DNA of 64,000 bases from a bacterium (lineage in GTDB: Bacteria > UBA8248). Shown here one piece after another: positions 28,801-39,283 of the stretch. The notes under the pieces are model-generated. The model searched no databases. It worked only from the letters and a program-made list of their open reading frames with translations, and was not told the DNA's origin. The DNA lies in assembly GCA_965200245.1 (NCBI GenBank), contig CBDATS010000004.1, positions 832,001-896,000 on the forward strand. Reading direction: 5' to 3'. Position 1 is the first letter of the stretch, and every line of letters starts with the position of its first letter. The position numbers were made by a program, and so were the translations under genes.

Positions 28801-30465
28801 TTATTTCTTCACCGCGTCCTTGCGCCTGGGTTCAGGAAAGACATCCTGATCGATGATCACGTCCACCACGGTGGGACCCTCTTCTTTTAGCGCCTGGGCG
28901 TAGACATCCTCGAGGTCCTCGGGCTCTTCCACCCGGTAACCCGCTGCGCCGAAAACGCGCGCGTATTCGTCGAATCTGGGGTTCCCGATGGCATCGGCGA
29001 TGTAGCGCCCGTCGTAGAAATGTTTCTGATATGCGCGCTCGGATCCCAGGTTGAAATTGTTCAGGATGACGCAGACGGTAGGCAGGTTCTCGCGCATCGC
29101 CGTCTCGAGTTCCGCCCCGTTGCACAGGAAAGCGCCATCGCCGCTGATGGTAACGACCTTTTGGTGCGGGCGCGCAAGCTTGGCACCCAGTCCCAGCGGA
29201 TAGCCGATACCGATGGCCGCGAGATCCTGCGGGGCCACGAAGTTCCTGGCTTTGTCGAACCTCTGGTACTCATACACGTAACCCGCCGCGCTGCCCGCAT
29301 CGTTCGTGATGATGGAGTTCTCGGGCAGGACTTTCGCGAGAGCCATCTGCGCGCGACGGGGGTCAATGGGTTTTCCACCGTACTCGAGCGCACGCTCGCG
29401 GTGTCTTTCCTGCGCTTCACGCACCGCAGCGGCCTCCGCACGCCATGCGGTTCGTGGCGACTTCTCGCCCACTGCGGCGAGCACGGCCCGTAGTGCAGGG
29501 CCTGCATCAGCGTTCATACCCACCGCGGTGGCAAAGTTACGTCCTATATTCCCGGGATCTACCGCTGCGTGAATGAGCTTCGCGTTCCCGAAGAAATCTG
29601 CTCGCAGGAACGTAGTCGAATGCGCGAGTCTGGTGCCGACGGCGAACACGACATCCGCATTCTCGAAAAGCGTGCGCGCCTCGGGCAGCGTTCCGCGCCC
29701 AATCGAACCCAGAAAAAGTGGATTCCCGTTCGGTACGATGTCGTCCCTGCCCGTGGAGGTCATGGTGGGCGCGTCGAGTGCCTCCGCCAGCGCGATCAAA
29801 TCCTCGCTTGCCTCGTCCCAGAGTACACCGCCGCCTCCGATGAGCAACGGTCTCTCGGCGGAAGTGAGCAACGCCGCCGCCTTTGAAACCGCCTCGGGAT
29901 CAGGGACGAGCCGCACCAGGTCCGTATGCGAGGGAACACCGTTGTCCGAATACTCCGCCGTCTCGTTCAGCACGTCGCGCGGCAAATCGACATGCACGGG
30001 ACCGGGCACACCCGACATCGCCACGTGACAGGCCTCGTTGATGACGTCCGCCGCGCGCTCTGGCCGCCTCACCTGCACCGACCACTTCACCATCGGGGCG
30101 AACATGGCAATCTGGTCGAGTTCCTGGGTGGACTCTCGGAAGGTATCCTTCATCATGGGAGCGCCGGTGATGACCAGCACCGGGCTTTGCGCCATCATCG
30201 AGTGCGCCACGCCGGTGACAAGGTTCGTGGCACCCGGGCCGTTTGTCGCCATGCAAACGCCCACTTCCCCCGTGAGCCGGGCGTAGGCGTCCGCCATAAG
30301 GGCGGCGCTTTGCTCGTGGCGCACGGTGAGGAAGGATATATCCTCACGCCCGTACATGCCGTCCAGTATCTCGATCATGCACGAACCCGCCATGCCGATT
30401 ACGTGCCTCACCCCCAGTTTCGCCAGCGCATCCGCCACCGCATGTCCAGCCGTCATGCTCACCAT
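28801..30465 (-). CDS. TPP-binding protein, sulfoacetaldehyde acetyltransferase (Xsc)/acetolactate synthase-like
   Basis: VRHEQSAALMADAYAR, NGPGATN, GPVHVDLPRD, SGDGAF..LNN. GSERAYQKHFYDGRYI resembles the Xsc-type C-terminal segment. Confidence 0.85.
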   Translation of the reverse strand: MVSMTAGHAVADALAKLGVRHVIGMAGSCMIEILDGMYGREDISFLTVRHEQSAALMADAYARLTGEVGVCMATNGPGATNLVTGVAHSMMAQSPVLVITGAPMMKDTFRESTQELDQIAMFAPMVKWSVQVRRPERAADVINEACHVAMSGVPGPVHVDLPRDVLNETAEYSDNGVPSHTDLVRLVPDPEAVSKAAALLTSAERPLLIGGGGVLWDEASEDLIALAEALDAPTMTSTGRDDIVPNGNPLFLGSIGRGTLPEARTLFENADVVFAVGTRLAHSTTFLRADFFGNAKLIHAAVDPGNIGRNFATAVGMNADAGPALRAVLAAVGEKSPRTAWRAEAAAVREAQERHRERALEYGGKPIDPRRAQMALAKVLPENSIITNDAGSAAGYVYEYQRFDKARNFVAPQDLAAIGIGYPLGLGAKLARPHQKVVTISGDGAFLCNGAELETAMRENLPTVCVILNNFNLGSERAYQKHFYDGRYIADAIGNPRFDEYARVFGAAGYRVEEPEDLEDVYAQALKEEGPTVVDVIIDQDVFPEPRRKDAVKK

Positions 30466-30586
30466 CAATCCTCTCTCCCGGGAAAACAAACAATACCGAC
30501 GAGCGCGCTCCGCCACGTTTTGATTTTACCTGAAATCTTGTCCGTCGAGATTAGGCTCGCCGGCATGATTCGTCAAAGGCCTGCGG

Positions 30587-31312
30587 CTATCCGACGTTTC
30601 CTTTTGCGTGGATGGCGTTGGCTATCAGGTTCACCGCGTGGTCCGCGTTTGCCTCGGGCCTCGCCGTCTCGGCGAAGCGATAAAAACTCTTTGTCGGCCT
30701 AAGCGAATCACCGCCCAGAGCAACCAGTTCCGCGCAGAGGCGTTCGGCTTCCCCATCGAGTTCCACATCCGCCAGAACGTGGTTCACCATCCCGATGCGC
30801 CTGCCCTCTTCGGCATCGATCTCACGCCCCGTGATGACCATTTCGAATCCATGACGTCTGTCCAGCTTTCTCGCAAGATGGCTGATGACCACCGTGGGCG
30901 GAAAGCCCTCCCTGATCTCGGGGAAGGCAATCCGCGCGGTATCGGAAGCCAGCACCAGGTCTGCGCGGCTGATCAGCCCCGCCCCCGGCCCGTAGGCCCG
31001 ACCCCGAAGCGCCGCCACCGTCACTGCGGGGGAGAACTCCAGGGCGTCGTTCATCTTCACGATCCGGCGGAAGCGCTCTCTTATCACGTTCACGGGCGGT
31101 AGTTGCGCGCCGCCACGCACGCTTTCTCTCCCTGCACAAAAATCCGCGCCTTCTCCGCTCAAGAGGATGACGTCACATTCCTCTCCGGCCCGAAGCAGGG
31201 TATCGGTGAGTTCTTCCATCATCTCGAACGTGAGGCGGTTCGCCTCCGAAGCGCGAGCAAGCGTGACACGGCCCAGAACGTTTTCCTTCTCATACCGAAC
31301 AGACGGCATCAT
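30587..31312 (-). CDS. Enoyl-CoA hydratase/isomerase family protein
   Basis: LSGEGADFCAG, AYGPGAGL..ADLVLA, FPEIREG, TGREIDAEEG. Confidence 0.85.
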   Translation of the reverse strand: MMPSVRYEKENVLGRVTLARASEANRLTFEMMEELTDTLLRAGEECDVILLSGEGADFCAGRESVRGGAQLPPVNVIRERFRRIVKMNDALEFSPAVTVAALRGRAYGPGAGLISRADLVLASDTARIAFPEIREGFPPTVVISHLARKLDRRHGFEMVITGREIDAEEGRRIGMVNHVLADVELDGEAERLCAELVALGGDSLRPTKSFYRFAETARPEANADHAVNLIANAIHAKGNVG

Positions 31313-31432
31313 CATCTCCTCCCCGGAACAAAACCGGACTTGTCCTGAAACCTTCCCGTTCATCCTGAAATTTCCGGGATTTTCACCCGAAATCTTCCCT
31401 AAAAGTAAAAACGAAAAAACACTTGCAAAATT

Positions 31433-31447
31433 ATTCGTTATTTGTTT
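31433..31447 (+). promoter_or_regulatory. Candidate LexA operator upstream of rlmD-lexA-dinB
   Basis: ATTC-N7-GTTT, a degenerate GTTC-N7-GTTC-like direct repeat, next to TTGCAA. A GAAC-N4-GTTG is also nearby (~31473). Confidence 0.3.
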
Positions 31448-31500
31448 GCATAGAAGATGCATTATTTTCGCAGAACGTGCGTTGCAAGGACACAATTGCC

Positions 31501-32886
31501 ATGAGTACCGCTGTTCCGCTTCGAATCTTACGTCAAAACGAGACCATATTCGAGGCTCGCGTGGAAAATATTGCCACGGGTGGGGCGGGCGTCACCCGTC
31601 TGGACGGCCGCGCCGTATTCATTCCCAAAACAGCTCCCGGAGACAGGGTACGCTTTCGCATCGCCAAGGAGAAGGGAAAATACCTGCTCGGCGAACTCGT
31701 GAAAATCATCCAGGCGGGGCCTGATCGAACGACGCCCCCGTGCGTGCACTGGGGCGACTGCGGGGGATGCAACCTGCAGCACATCTCGCTCCCGGCGCAG
31801 CTCGAGGCCAGGAAACGGGTTTTTCTCGACACCCTGGGCCGCATCGGCAAGATTGACCTGGGTGTCCCGGCGCAAACCGTCACGCTTCCCGGAAACGAGA
31901 ACCGCTACCGCATGCGCGCGCGCTTTCAGGTGCGGGGCTCCGAGACAGGCTTTTTCGCCACTGGTGCACGACGTCTGGTCGGCGTAGAGGATTGCCTGCT
32001 GGTGGAGCCCTCTATCGCGTCCGCGCTCGGCCAGATCAGGCATCTGCTTCAGGCGGAACCCAAAGCGAGAAAAATAGAAGCCGTGGAGATGACCTCCCTG
32101 GGAACGGAGAAGGGAGCGTGCGTTGGCCTCTATCTCCACCCGGTGGGCTACCGGGATCGCGGAAACCTGAAAATCGAACGCACGACCCTGTCCGCCTGGA
32201 AAAAATTCGCCGGGGAGAACCATTTTCCACTGGCTGCTGTCGGCATTCGATCGCCCGACGAACCGACCCGGTGGCTGGCGCAATACCGGCCCGACGTGGA
32301 GCGCCCGGACGTATGCCTGGGCGTATCACCCGAGTCCTTCATCCAGCCCAACCGCGCGCTCAACCGGCTGCTGGTCAAATACCTCCTCAGGGAATGCGGG
32401 CTGAATCATGAAAGGATCGTTCTGGACCTCTTCTGCGGGGTGGGAAATTTTTCCTTCCCCCTGGCGTTGAGGGCAGGACGCGTCCTGGGGGTCGAGGAAA
32501 ACCCCTACGCCATCGCCGACGCCCGGCGCAACAGGGAGGAAAACGAGGTCGACAATGCGGACTTTTTCCGCCGTCCCGCACAAAAACTGACGAAAGAAGA
32601 GGTCGCCTCGAAACTCGGGGGACACACGCCCGATGTCGTCGTGCTCGACCCGCTCAGAAAGGGCGCGCTCGACGTCATGCCCCTGATCGCGGCGCTTGCG
32701 CCCGAGCGTGTCGTCTATGTCTCGTGCAATCCGGCCACCTTTGCACGCGACGCATGCGACCTCATGGCCCGCGGCTATCGCGCCCGCGCCGCTTACGTAT
32801 TCGATATGTTCCCCCATACCGCCCATCTGGAAATGCTCACATCGTGGATCCGGAAGGAAGCTTCCGGTCCAACCCAACGATTCTGA
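31501..32886 (+). CDS. rlmD: TRAM-domain 23S rRNA (uracil-C5)-methyltransferase RlmD/RumA
   Basis: TRAM N-terminus, CVHWGDCGGC Fe-S motif, SFIQPN, LDLFCGVGNF, YVSCNPATFARD, DMFPHTAHLE. The DPPR motif reads DPLR here. Confidence 0.88.
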   Translation: MSTAVPLRILRQNETIFEARVENIATGGAGVTRLDGRAVFIPKTAPGDRVRFRIAKEKGKYLLGELVKIIQAGPDRTTPPCVHWGDCGGCNLQHISLPAQLEARKRVFLDTLGRIGKIDLGVPAQTVTLPGNENRYRMRARFQVRGSETGFFATGARRLVGVEDCLLVEPSIASALGQIRHLLQAEPKARKIEAVEMTSLGTEKGACVGLYLHPVGYRDRGNLKIERTTLSAWKKFAGENHFPLAAVGIRSPDEPTRWLAQYRPDVERPDVCLGVSPESFIQPNRALNRLLVKYLLRECGLNHERIVLDLFCGVGNFSFPLALRAGRVLGVEENPYAIADARRNREENEVDNADFFRRPAQKLTKEEVASKLGGHTPDVVVLDPLRKGALDVMPLIAALAPERVVYVSCNPATFARDACDLMARGYRARAAYVFDMFPHTAHLEMLTSWIRKEASGPTQRF

Positions 32887-32900
32887 TAGGGAGGCAACCC

Positions 32901-33518
32901 ATGTTCCTCACACGCAGACAGCGAGAAATTTACGAGTTCATCAAGAAGTTCATCGGGGCGAACGGCTACGCCCCCTCTATTGTGGAGATCGGCAAGCACT
33001 TTCGTCTCACCTCGCCCGCAACGGTGCACAAGCACCTGCAGAACATCGCGGAAAAAGGCCTCATCAAGAGAAGCTGGAATAAAAGCCGGGCCATCGAACT
33101 CGTCCCCGGTACGGATACCCTCAAGGTAAGTGCCGAACCCGCGCGGGTAGAACTTCCCCTGCGCGGCATGATCGCGGCGGGCATGCCGCTTGAGGCGATC
33201 GAGGACACCGAAACGATACCCCTTCCCTGGTCGTCGGGGGACGATAACCTCTACGTCCTGAAAGTCAAGGGAGATTCGATGATCGAGGATCACATCCAGG
33301 ACGGGGACTACGTGATCGTGGAGAGCCGGAACAACGCGCTGAACGGCGAAACCGTGGTCGCGCTCGTCAATGGAGAATCCGCCACGCTCAAGCGCTTCTA
33401 CCGAGAGGGCGCGCAAATCAGACTCCAGCCCGCCAACGAGACGATGGCGCCCATTATGGTGAGGGAAGAGGACTTGCTTATCCAGGGCGTCGTCGTGGGC
33501 GTACTCAGGAAGTATTGA
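32901..33518 (+). CDS. lexA: SOS repressor LexA
   Basis: LTRRQREIYEFI..PSIVEI..SPATVHKHL wHTH, IAAG cleavage site, KGDSM serine, TLKRF lysine. Confidence 0.95.
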   Translation: MFLTRRQREIYEFIKKFIGANGYAPSIVEIGKHFRLTSPATVHKHLQNIAEKGLIKRSWNKSRAIELVPGTDTLKVSAEPARVELPLRGMIAAGMPLEAIEDTETIPLPWSSGDDNLYVLKVKGDSMIEDHIQDGDYVIVESRNNALNGETVVALVNGESATLKRFYREGAQIRLQPANETMAPIMVREEDLLIQGVVVGVLRKY

Positions 33519-33535
33519 CGCCGCCGGGAGATAGC

Positions 33536-34753
33536 ATGACGAGACGCCACGAAGAGCCGGGGTCGCCGCGCGGGGACAGGCTCATCGCGCACGTCGACAT
33601 GGACGCCTTTTACGTGTCCGTGGAACGCATGGACCGGCCCGACCTCGAGGGCAAGCCCGTCGTCGTCGTCGGCAGTGTGGGACCGCGCGGTGTGGTTTCC
33701 GCTGCCTCTTATGAGGCCAGGGCTTTCGGAGTCCACTCGGCCATGCCCATGGCACGAGCCCGTGCGCTGTGCCCGCACGCCGTCTACATCGAAGCGAACC
33801 ACAAAAAATACGGCGAAGCATCCGGGAGGGTGATGAAGGTACTCGGTGACTTCACTCCCGCTGTGCAGGTCGTCTCGGTGGATGAGGCCTATCTCGACTT
33901 GAGCGGAACCGGGCGACTTCACGGCTCCCCGTTCCAGACGGCGGCGAGGATCCGCGAAGCGGTATTGCGCGAGACGAACTGTTCGGCTTCCATCGGGCTG
34001 GCATCGAGCCGACTGGTGTCCAAAATCGCGTCCGCACTGTCCAAACCCGCAGGGTTGCTACACGTCTACCCCGGCGGGGAGGAAGCCTTTCTGCGTCCTC
34101 TTCGGGTGAGCAGAATCCCCGGCGTAGGCAAGGTAATGGTCGAAAAACTGAACCGTCTGGGCATCTCGACCATCGGTGATCTCTGCAATCAATCACTGCC
34201 CTTCCTGGAGACGCAGTTCAAGAACCTGGGGCCCGAACTTTACCAAAAGGCGCGCGGATTGGACGATACCGAACTCGTTCTCGAAAACCAGCCAAAGAGT
34301 ATCGGCAAGGAGACTACCTTCGCAGAGGACATCGAAGAGTTCTCGAAGCTTGAGGCCATACTCACGGGCCTGGCCGAGGAGGCAAGCGCGCGCGTGCGTC
34401 GCCAGGGCCTGAGCGCGAGGCACATTATCCTCAAAATCCGGTTTTTCGATTTCACGACGCTCACGCGCTCGTTCACGCTCGATGCGCCCACCCGGTTGGA
34501 TAAGGAAATTATCGATCCCGCGCTCGATCTCTTGCGGCGCACCTGCGCGAAAGAAGGCCGGAACCGGAAATTCCGTCTGCTGGGGGTCTACCTCTCGGGA
34601 TTGGACGCGGCCCCTGCGCAACCACTTCTGTTCGAGGATCAAAACCGGGAAAAAGAAGAGCGCCTTGTCGAGAGTCTTGATGCGATTCGCGAGCGCTTCG
34701 GGCACGAGTCCGTATTCTCGCGAAAGAGCGTGGAGAGAATCAAAAAGCCCTAA
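33536..34753 (+). CDS. dinB: DNA polymerase IV (Y-family)
   Basis: HVDMDAFYVSVE, AASYEAR.FGVHSAMP, SVDEAYLD, KIAS..SKP, KSIGKETTF. Confidence 0.95.
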   Translation: MTRRHEEPGSPRGDRLIAHVDMDAFYVSVERMDRPDLEGKPVVVVGSVGPRGVVSAASYEARAFGVHSAMPMARARALCPHAVYIEANHKKYGEASGRVMKVLGDFTPAVQVVSVDEAYLDLSGTGRLHGSPFQTAARIREAVLRETNCSASIGLASSRLVSKIASALSKPAGLLHVYPGGEEAFLRPLRVSRIPGVGKVMVEKLNRLGISTIGDLCNQSLPFLETQFKNLGPELYQKARGLDDTELVLENQPKSIGKETTFAEDIEEFSKLEAILTGLAEEASARVRRQGLSARHIILKIRFFDFTTLTRSFTLDAPTRLDKEIIDPALDLLRRTCAKEGRNRKFRLLGVYLSGLDAAPAQPLLFEDQNREKEERLVESLDAIRERFGHESVFSRKSVERIKKP

Positions 34754-35664
34754 AGACGGATCAGGATCAGTATTGTCCCCACCACCGTCATTGCCGCACC
34801 CAAGGCGAGCCTGACGGTGATGTTCTCGCTCTCCCTCAAGAACAAGTGCGACCCCAGGATCACCAGGAGCGGCTGAACCGACGTGATGGAGGTGACGCCC
34901 ACAGCGTAGGTGCGCGCCATCGCGTTGCTGAACGAGGGCACGGCTATCGTCTGGCAGACGGCGGCCAGGAACATCCATTTCCAGCTTGCCCGGGGGATTT
35001 TCTCCGCCGTCTCCCTTTGAGCGAAACCTACCGCCAGCACCCAGGCGAAGCCAATTCCAATCCAGATGAGCAGCGCCGAGGCGGCCAGTGCATTCATGTC
35101 GAGCGTGATGGTCCTCACCATCACGCCCGACACACTCCAGTTCAGTGTGGTCAGGCCTGCCGAGATGTAGCCCTTCACGACGTCCTTGCGTGTGTGGCCC
35201 ATCTCCAGGTTCGGCTGCGGTGGGGCGGAGCGCACCACCATGGTGAGACCGGCAATGAGGCAACCCAGTCCCAGGATGATGAGCACCGTGAACGGTTCGC
35301 CCAGGAATATGGTCGCCAGAAGAGCGGTGACGGCGGGCGTGCTCGCCGCGATGGGAATGGTGCGGCTCGGCCCGATACGCCGGATGGCGTAGTAGTAGGT
35401 GAGCCGCGATATGGTGATCATGAAAAAACCGGCAATCGGCAACAAAACCCAGGTTCTCGTCAAGGTGGGTTCAAAGGCCGATGACGGCAGGGTGAAGAAA
35501 ACCAGCGCGGCTACGAACACTCCGTTCAGCGTCGACATGGCCGCTGTCGTCCTCAACAACGGCGCGTTCTTCATCGCCAGGCGCACGAAAAAAGAGAGAC
35601 TCGTCCAGCTCAGGAGCGCCGAGGTGGCGAACAGCAAGCCCACGACATGGGTAGATAGGTTCAT
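34750..35664 (-). CDS. DMT/EamA family transporter
   Basis: About 10 TM segments in two EamA repeats; YYAIRRIGPSR, FLGE, FLRE. Confidence 0.85.
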   Translation of the reverse strand: MNLSTHVVGLLFATSALLSWTSLSFFVRLAMKNAPLLRTTAAMSTLNGVFVAALVFFTLPSSAFEPTLTRTWVLLPIAGFFMITISRLTYYYAIRRIGPSRTIPIAASTPAVTALLATIFLGEPFTVLIILGLGCLIAGLTMVVRSAPPQPNLEMGHTRKDVVKGYISAGLTTLNWSVSGVMVRTITLDMNALAASALLIWIGIGFAWVLAVGFAQRETAEKIPRASWKWMFLAAVCQTIAVPSFSNAMARTYAVGVTSITSVQPLLVILGSHLFLRESENITVRLALGAAMTVVGTILILIRL

Positions 35665-35704
35665 AACCGCTTTCTGTCGTTCGTGAAGACTGTCCGAATG
35701 GCCG

Positions 35705-36163
35705 CTATTCGGGCCGCTTGAGCGTCCAGTTGTCCGTGATGCGCGTCGCCGTGCTCATGAACAGATACAGGATGCAGCCCGCGCGAAACTTCTCTTTCAC
35801 TTCTTCAAGCTGCTCGGCAGAACCGGACGACGTTACCTCTATATCCAACTCCACGCCGGTGACGCCTCCGTTCTCCGCGCCCGGGTCGCCGGGCGCGAAA
35901 CGATCCATGGTGAGCTTTCCCTCGATTGCGCAGTCATCAAGCGGCATGCCGACTTCTCTCGCGAACAACTCGACGTGTGCGGCACCGCAGCCTGTCAGCG
36001 CGCCGAGCATGTATTCGGCGGGGGTGGGATGTTCGAACAGACCGCCGCGTTCCACGGGCTCATCGCTCGAAAACTCCGGGCAATCGCGCGTCTCGATCCG
36101 CGCGCGCATATTCCCCATCCACTGCGCGTTCGCTACCCGGGTAATGGTGCTTCGCTCGTCCAT
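35705..36163 (-). CDS. OsmC family protein
   Basis: SDEPVERGG..HPTPAEYMLGALTGC and a second Cys in AGCIL. Confidence 0.8.
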   Translation of the reverse strand: MDERSTITRVANAQWMGNMRARIETRDCPEFSSDEPVERGGLFEHPTPAEYMLGALTGCGAAHVELFAREVGMPLDDCAIEGKLTMDRFAPGDPGAENGGVTGVELDIEVTSSGSAEQLEEVKEKFRAGCILYLFMSTATRITDNWTLKRPE

Positions 36164-36256
36164 GTCGACGTCCTCTTCTTTCCAGGAAGATTCCGCAGGT
36201 AGCCTACTACATCGCTCCCCCGGCACGCCATGCATCCAGGGCGCGCGGGAAAACCC

Positions 36257-39103
36257 TCACCCGGCCACGCTCGCCGCTTCGAAATACTTTTTCAAGAACC
36301 TGCCTGTGTGTGAGTGGGGATTGTTCGCTACTTCCTCGGGCGTCCCTTCGGCGACGATGCGGCCGCCCCTGTCACCTCCTTCAGGACCAAGGTCAATCAC
36401 CCACTCCGAATTGCGGATGACATCAAGATTGTGTTCGACGACCACTACCGTGTTCCCCAGACCCACGAGGCGCGTGAGCACGTTCAGCAACCGCTCCACA
36501 TCCTGAAAATGAAGGCCCGTCGTCGGTTCATCCATCAGGTACATGACGCCTCGGGGCGGCTTGGCGGCCAACTGACCCGCGATCTTCAGGCGCTGTGCCT
36601 CCCCACCCGACAGCGTGTTCACGGGCTGGCCAATTCGCAAATAGTTCAGCCCCACGTCTCTCAGGATGAGCAGCTTGTTCAGCACCGAGGGCACGTGATC
36701 GAAAAAGAGCATGGCCTCGTCTACCGTCAGGTTCAGCACCTCGTGAATGTTCTTGCCCTTGTACTGAATCTCCATGGCCTGGGGCCTGAAGCGCTTGCCC
36801 TCGCAATCGGGACAGCGGATGAAGATGTCGGCCATGAAATGCATCTCTATCTTCTGGATACCGCTTCCGGTGCAGGACTCGCACCGACCGCCTGTGGTGT
36901 TGAACGAGAAATGACCGGGGCCGTAGCCCATGTTCCGCGCCAGAGGCGATTCGGCGAACAGGCGGCGGATCGTGTCGTAGGCCTTGAGATAGGTGATGGG
37001 GTTGCTCCTTGGGCTCTTGCCGATAGGGCTCTGGTCGAGCAACACGACGGAATCAAGTTCCTCGAAACCTTCTATTCGCTGGAAGCGGCCAATGGCGCCT
37101 TTCCACTCGCCGAGGATGCGCGCGAGTGCCGGGTAGAGCGTGTCGTGCACGAGCGTGCTCTTTCCCGATCCGGAGACACCCGTTATCGCTACCAGACGCC
37201 CCAGGGGAACATGGAGATCCACCGCCTTCAGATTGTTCTCCTGTGCGCCGAACAGGGACAGATAGGAGCAATTCCCGTTCTCTCCTCTTTTGAGCTTTCG
37301 CGGACTGATTTCGCGCTCGCCGCTCAGATACTTCGCCGTCGCCGACTTCTCGCAGAGGTCGAGTTCTTCCCGGGGTCCCGAGAAAACCACCTCACCCCCG
37401 CGCTCGCCTGCGCCGGGGCCCAGATCCACGACGTGATCCGCTTCGTCGATGATGTCGCGGTCGTGCTCGACCACGAGCAGCGTGTTTCCCCGCTCGACAA
37501 GGTCGTTGAGTATCCCTGCAAGCCGAGCGTTGTCTCTCGGGTGCAGCCCGATGGTCGGCTCGTCCAGAATGTAGAGCGTGCCCGTCAGATGTGCACCCAA
37601 CTGGTTTGCCAAGTTGATCCGCTGGTGTTCTCCCCCGCTCAGCGTTCTTGTTTCCCTATCGAGCGTCAGGTATTCGAGTCCCACCTTGTGCAGAAAATCG
37701 AGACGATCGCGCACCTGTTTCAGGATGTCGCCTGCACGGGCGTACTGATCCGACGCGAGTGGCGGTGCCTCGAAGTAATCTCTCAGCTCGCTCACGGGCA
37801 TGGCACATATATCGGCGATGGTGTGCCCGCCCAGCTTGATCCAGAGCGCCTCTGGACGCAGGCGCGTGCCATGGCACGAAGCGCATTGCTGCAGGCTTTG
37901 GTAGCGCCTGATCATCACACGTACCCAGACCTTGTACTTCCTGCGTTTGAGCCTCTCGAAAAACCGATACACGCCCAGAAACTGCCCCGATCCCTCGAAC
38001 ACCATCTTCTTGTGCTCCCCGGACATCTCCTGCCAGGGGGTGTGGATATCGAGACCCTCATTCTTTGCGGCGTCCAGTAGCTGTTCTCCGAAATACCGGC
38101 GGTAACGCGGCCTCGTCCAGGGCTCCACCGCTCCCTGAGCGAGCGTCTTCCTCGGTTCGGGGACGATGAGTGCCTCATCGAAACTGAGCGTATTGCCAAA
38201 CCCGCCACACTCCGGGCATGCACCGTTGGGGTTGTTGAAGCTGAACGTATGCGGCACGGGTTCTTCAAACGTATTCCCGCAACACTCAAGCCGCTGGCTG
38301 AAACGAAGCCTCGGCCCGTCCACGAGTTGCACCTCGGCGACGCCGCCGCTCTCGGTAAACGCCGTCTCAAGCGACTCACCCAGGCGCGCGCGGTTTCTCC
38401 TGGAGAGTTTCAGACGGTCCACCACCACGCGAATCGCGTGGTGGTTCCCTATGGTGGGCCGGCCCGTATCCGTTTGTTCTTTCAATCTCTCAAAAAGCGG
38501 GGGGCCGATGTTGACTATCTCTTCATTCACCATCACGCGGACATAGCCCTGCTTCATCAGGGATTCGAGGTCTCTCTGCAAATATTCCGTATCGAGGTCT
38601 CCCATGGGGAAAAGGATGAAGCCTCTCGCATCCGCGTAGGCGTTCAGCAGGATATCCACCGTTCCGTCGACCGTGGCGGGCGCGACCTCACTCCCGCAGT
38701 CTGGGCAATGGATCTTCCCGGCCTTGGCGAAGAGTAACCTGAGGTAGTCGTAAATCTCCGACGCCGTCCCCACCGTGGAGCGCGAATGGTTCACCGGGTT
38801 GTACTGCTCGATGGCGATGGCGGGACTGATGCCCTCGATGTAGTCCACTTCGGGCTTGTCCACACGCTCTAGGAACTGCCGTGCGTAGGTGGAGAGGCTT
38901 TCCACGTAGCGGCGGTGCCCCTCGGCGTAGATGGTGTCGAAGGCGAGTGAGGACTTGCCCGAACCGCTCGGCCCGGTAACGACGATGAAATGCTCCCTCG
39001 GGAGTTTGAGGGAGATGTCCTTCAAATTATGTTCCCGCGCTCCCTCGATGCGGATATCCTCCATCAGGGAGACGGCGGGAGAATCTGCGCTTTGGGTGTT
39101 CAT
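36257..39103 (-). CDS. uvrA: Excinuclease ABC subunit A (UvrA)
   Basis: [28 protein letters not shown], zinc fingers, LSGGE x2, [22 protein letters not shown]. Confidence 0.95.
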   Translation of the reverse strand: MNTQSADSPAVSLMEDIRIEGAREHNLKDISLKLPREHFIVVTGPSGSGKSSLAFDTIYAEGHRRYVESLSTYARQFLERVDKPEVDYIEGISPAIAIEQYNPVNHSRSTVGTASEIYDYLRLLFAKAGKIHCPDCGSEVAPATVDGTVDILLNAYADARGFILFPMGDLDTEYLQRDLESLMKQGYVRVMVNEEIVNIGPPLFERLKEQTDTGRPTIGNHHAIRVVVDRLKLSRRNRARLGESLETAFTESGGVAEVQLVDGPRLRFSQRLECCGNTFEEPVPHTFSFNNPNGACPECGGFGNTLSFDEALIVPEPRKTLAQGAVEPWTRPRYRRYFGEQLLDAAKNEGLDIHTPWQEMSGEHKKMVFEGSGQFLGVYRFFERLKRRKYKVWVRVMIRRYQSLQQCASCHGTRLRPEALWIKLGGHTIADICAMPVSELRDYFEAPPLASDQYARAGDILKQVRDRLDFLHKVGLEYLTLDRETRTLSGGEHQRINLANQLGAHLTGTLYILDEPTIGLHPRDNARLAGILNDLVERGNTLLVVEHDRDIIDEADHVVDLGPGAGERGGEVVFSGPREELDLCEKSATAKYLSGEREISPRKLKRGENGNCSYLSLFGAQENNLKAVDLHVPLGRLVAITGVSGSGKSTLVHDTLYPALARILGEWKGAIGRFQRIEGFEELDSVVLLDQSPIGKSPRSNPITYLKAYDTIRRLFAESPLARNMGYGPGHFSFNTTGGRCESCTGSGIQKIEMHFMADIFIRCPDCEGKRFRPQAMEIQYKGKNIHEVLNLTVDEAMLFFDHVPSVLNKLLILRDVGLNYLRIGQPVNTLSGGEAQRLKIAGQLAAKPPRGVMYLMDEPTTGLHFQDVERLLNVLTRLVGLGNTVVVVEHNLDVIRNSEWVIDLGPEGGDRGGRIVAEGTPEEVANNPHSHTGRFLKKYFEAASVAG

Positions 39104-39283
39104 TTCCTCGTGACGGCTCTATGAGTGATACGGGCGACAGTGAAACGATAACCCCTCAATATGATGCGCATGGGAGCGAAGTGTCAACGGGGTGGGGGGT
39201 GTTTCGGGGCAGGCTCTTCTTGACCGTCCAGGCAAGAAAGCAGGCCGCGGGGACAGGTCGCGACTCCTCCTGCAGGAATCCCT

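Noticed and set aside
36314-38080. Long antisense ORFs (e.g. 588 aa opposite uvrA, 555 aa opposite dppA, 506 aa opposite tctA)
   Set aside because: Shadow ORFs expected from GC-rich codon bias on the opposite strand of well-supported genes.
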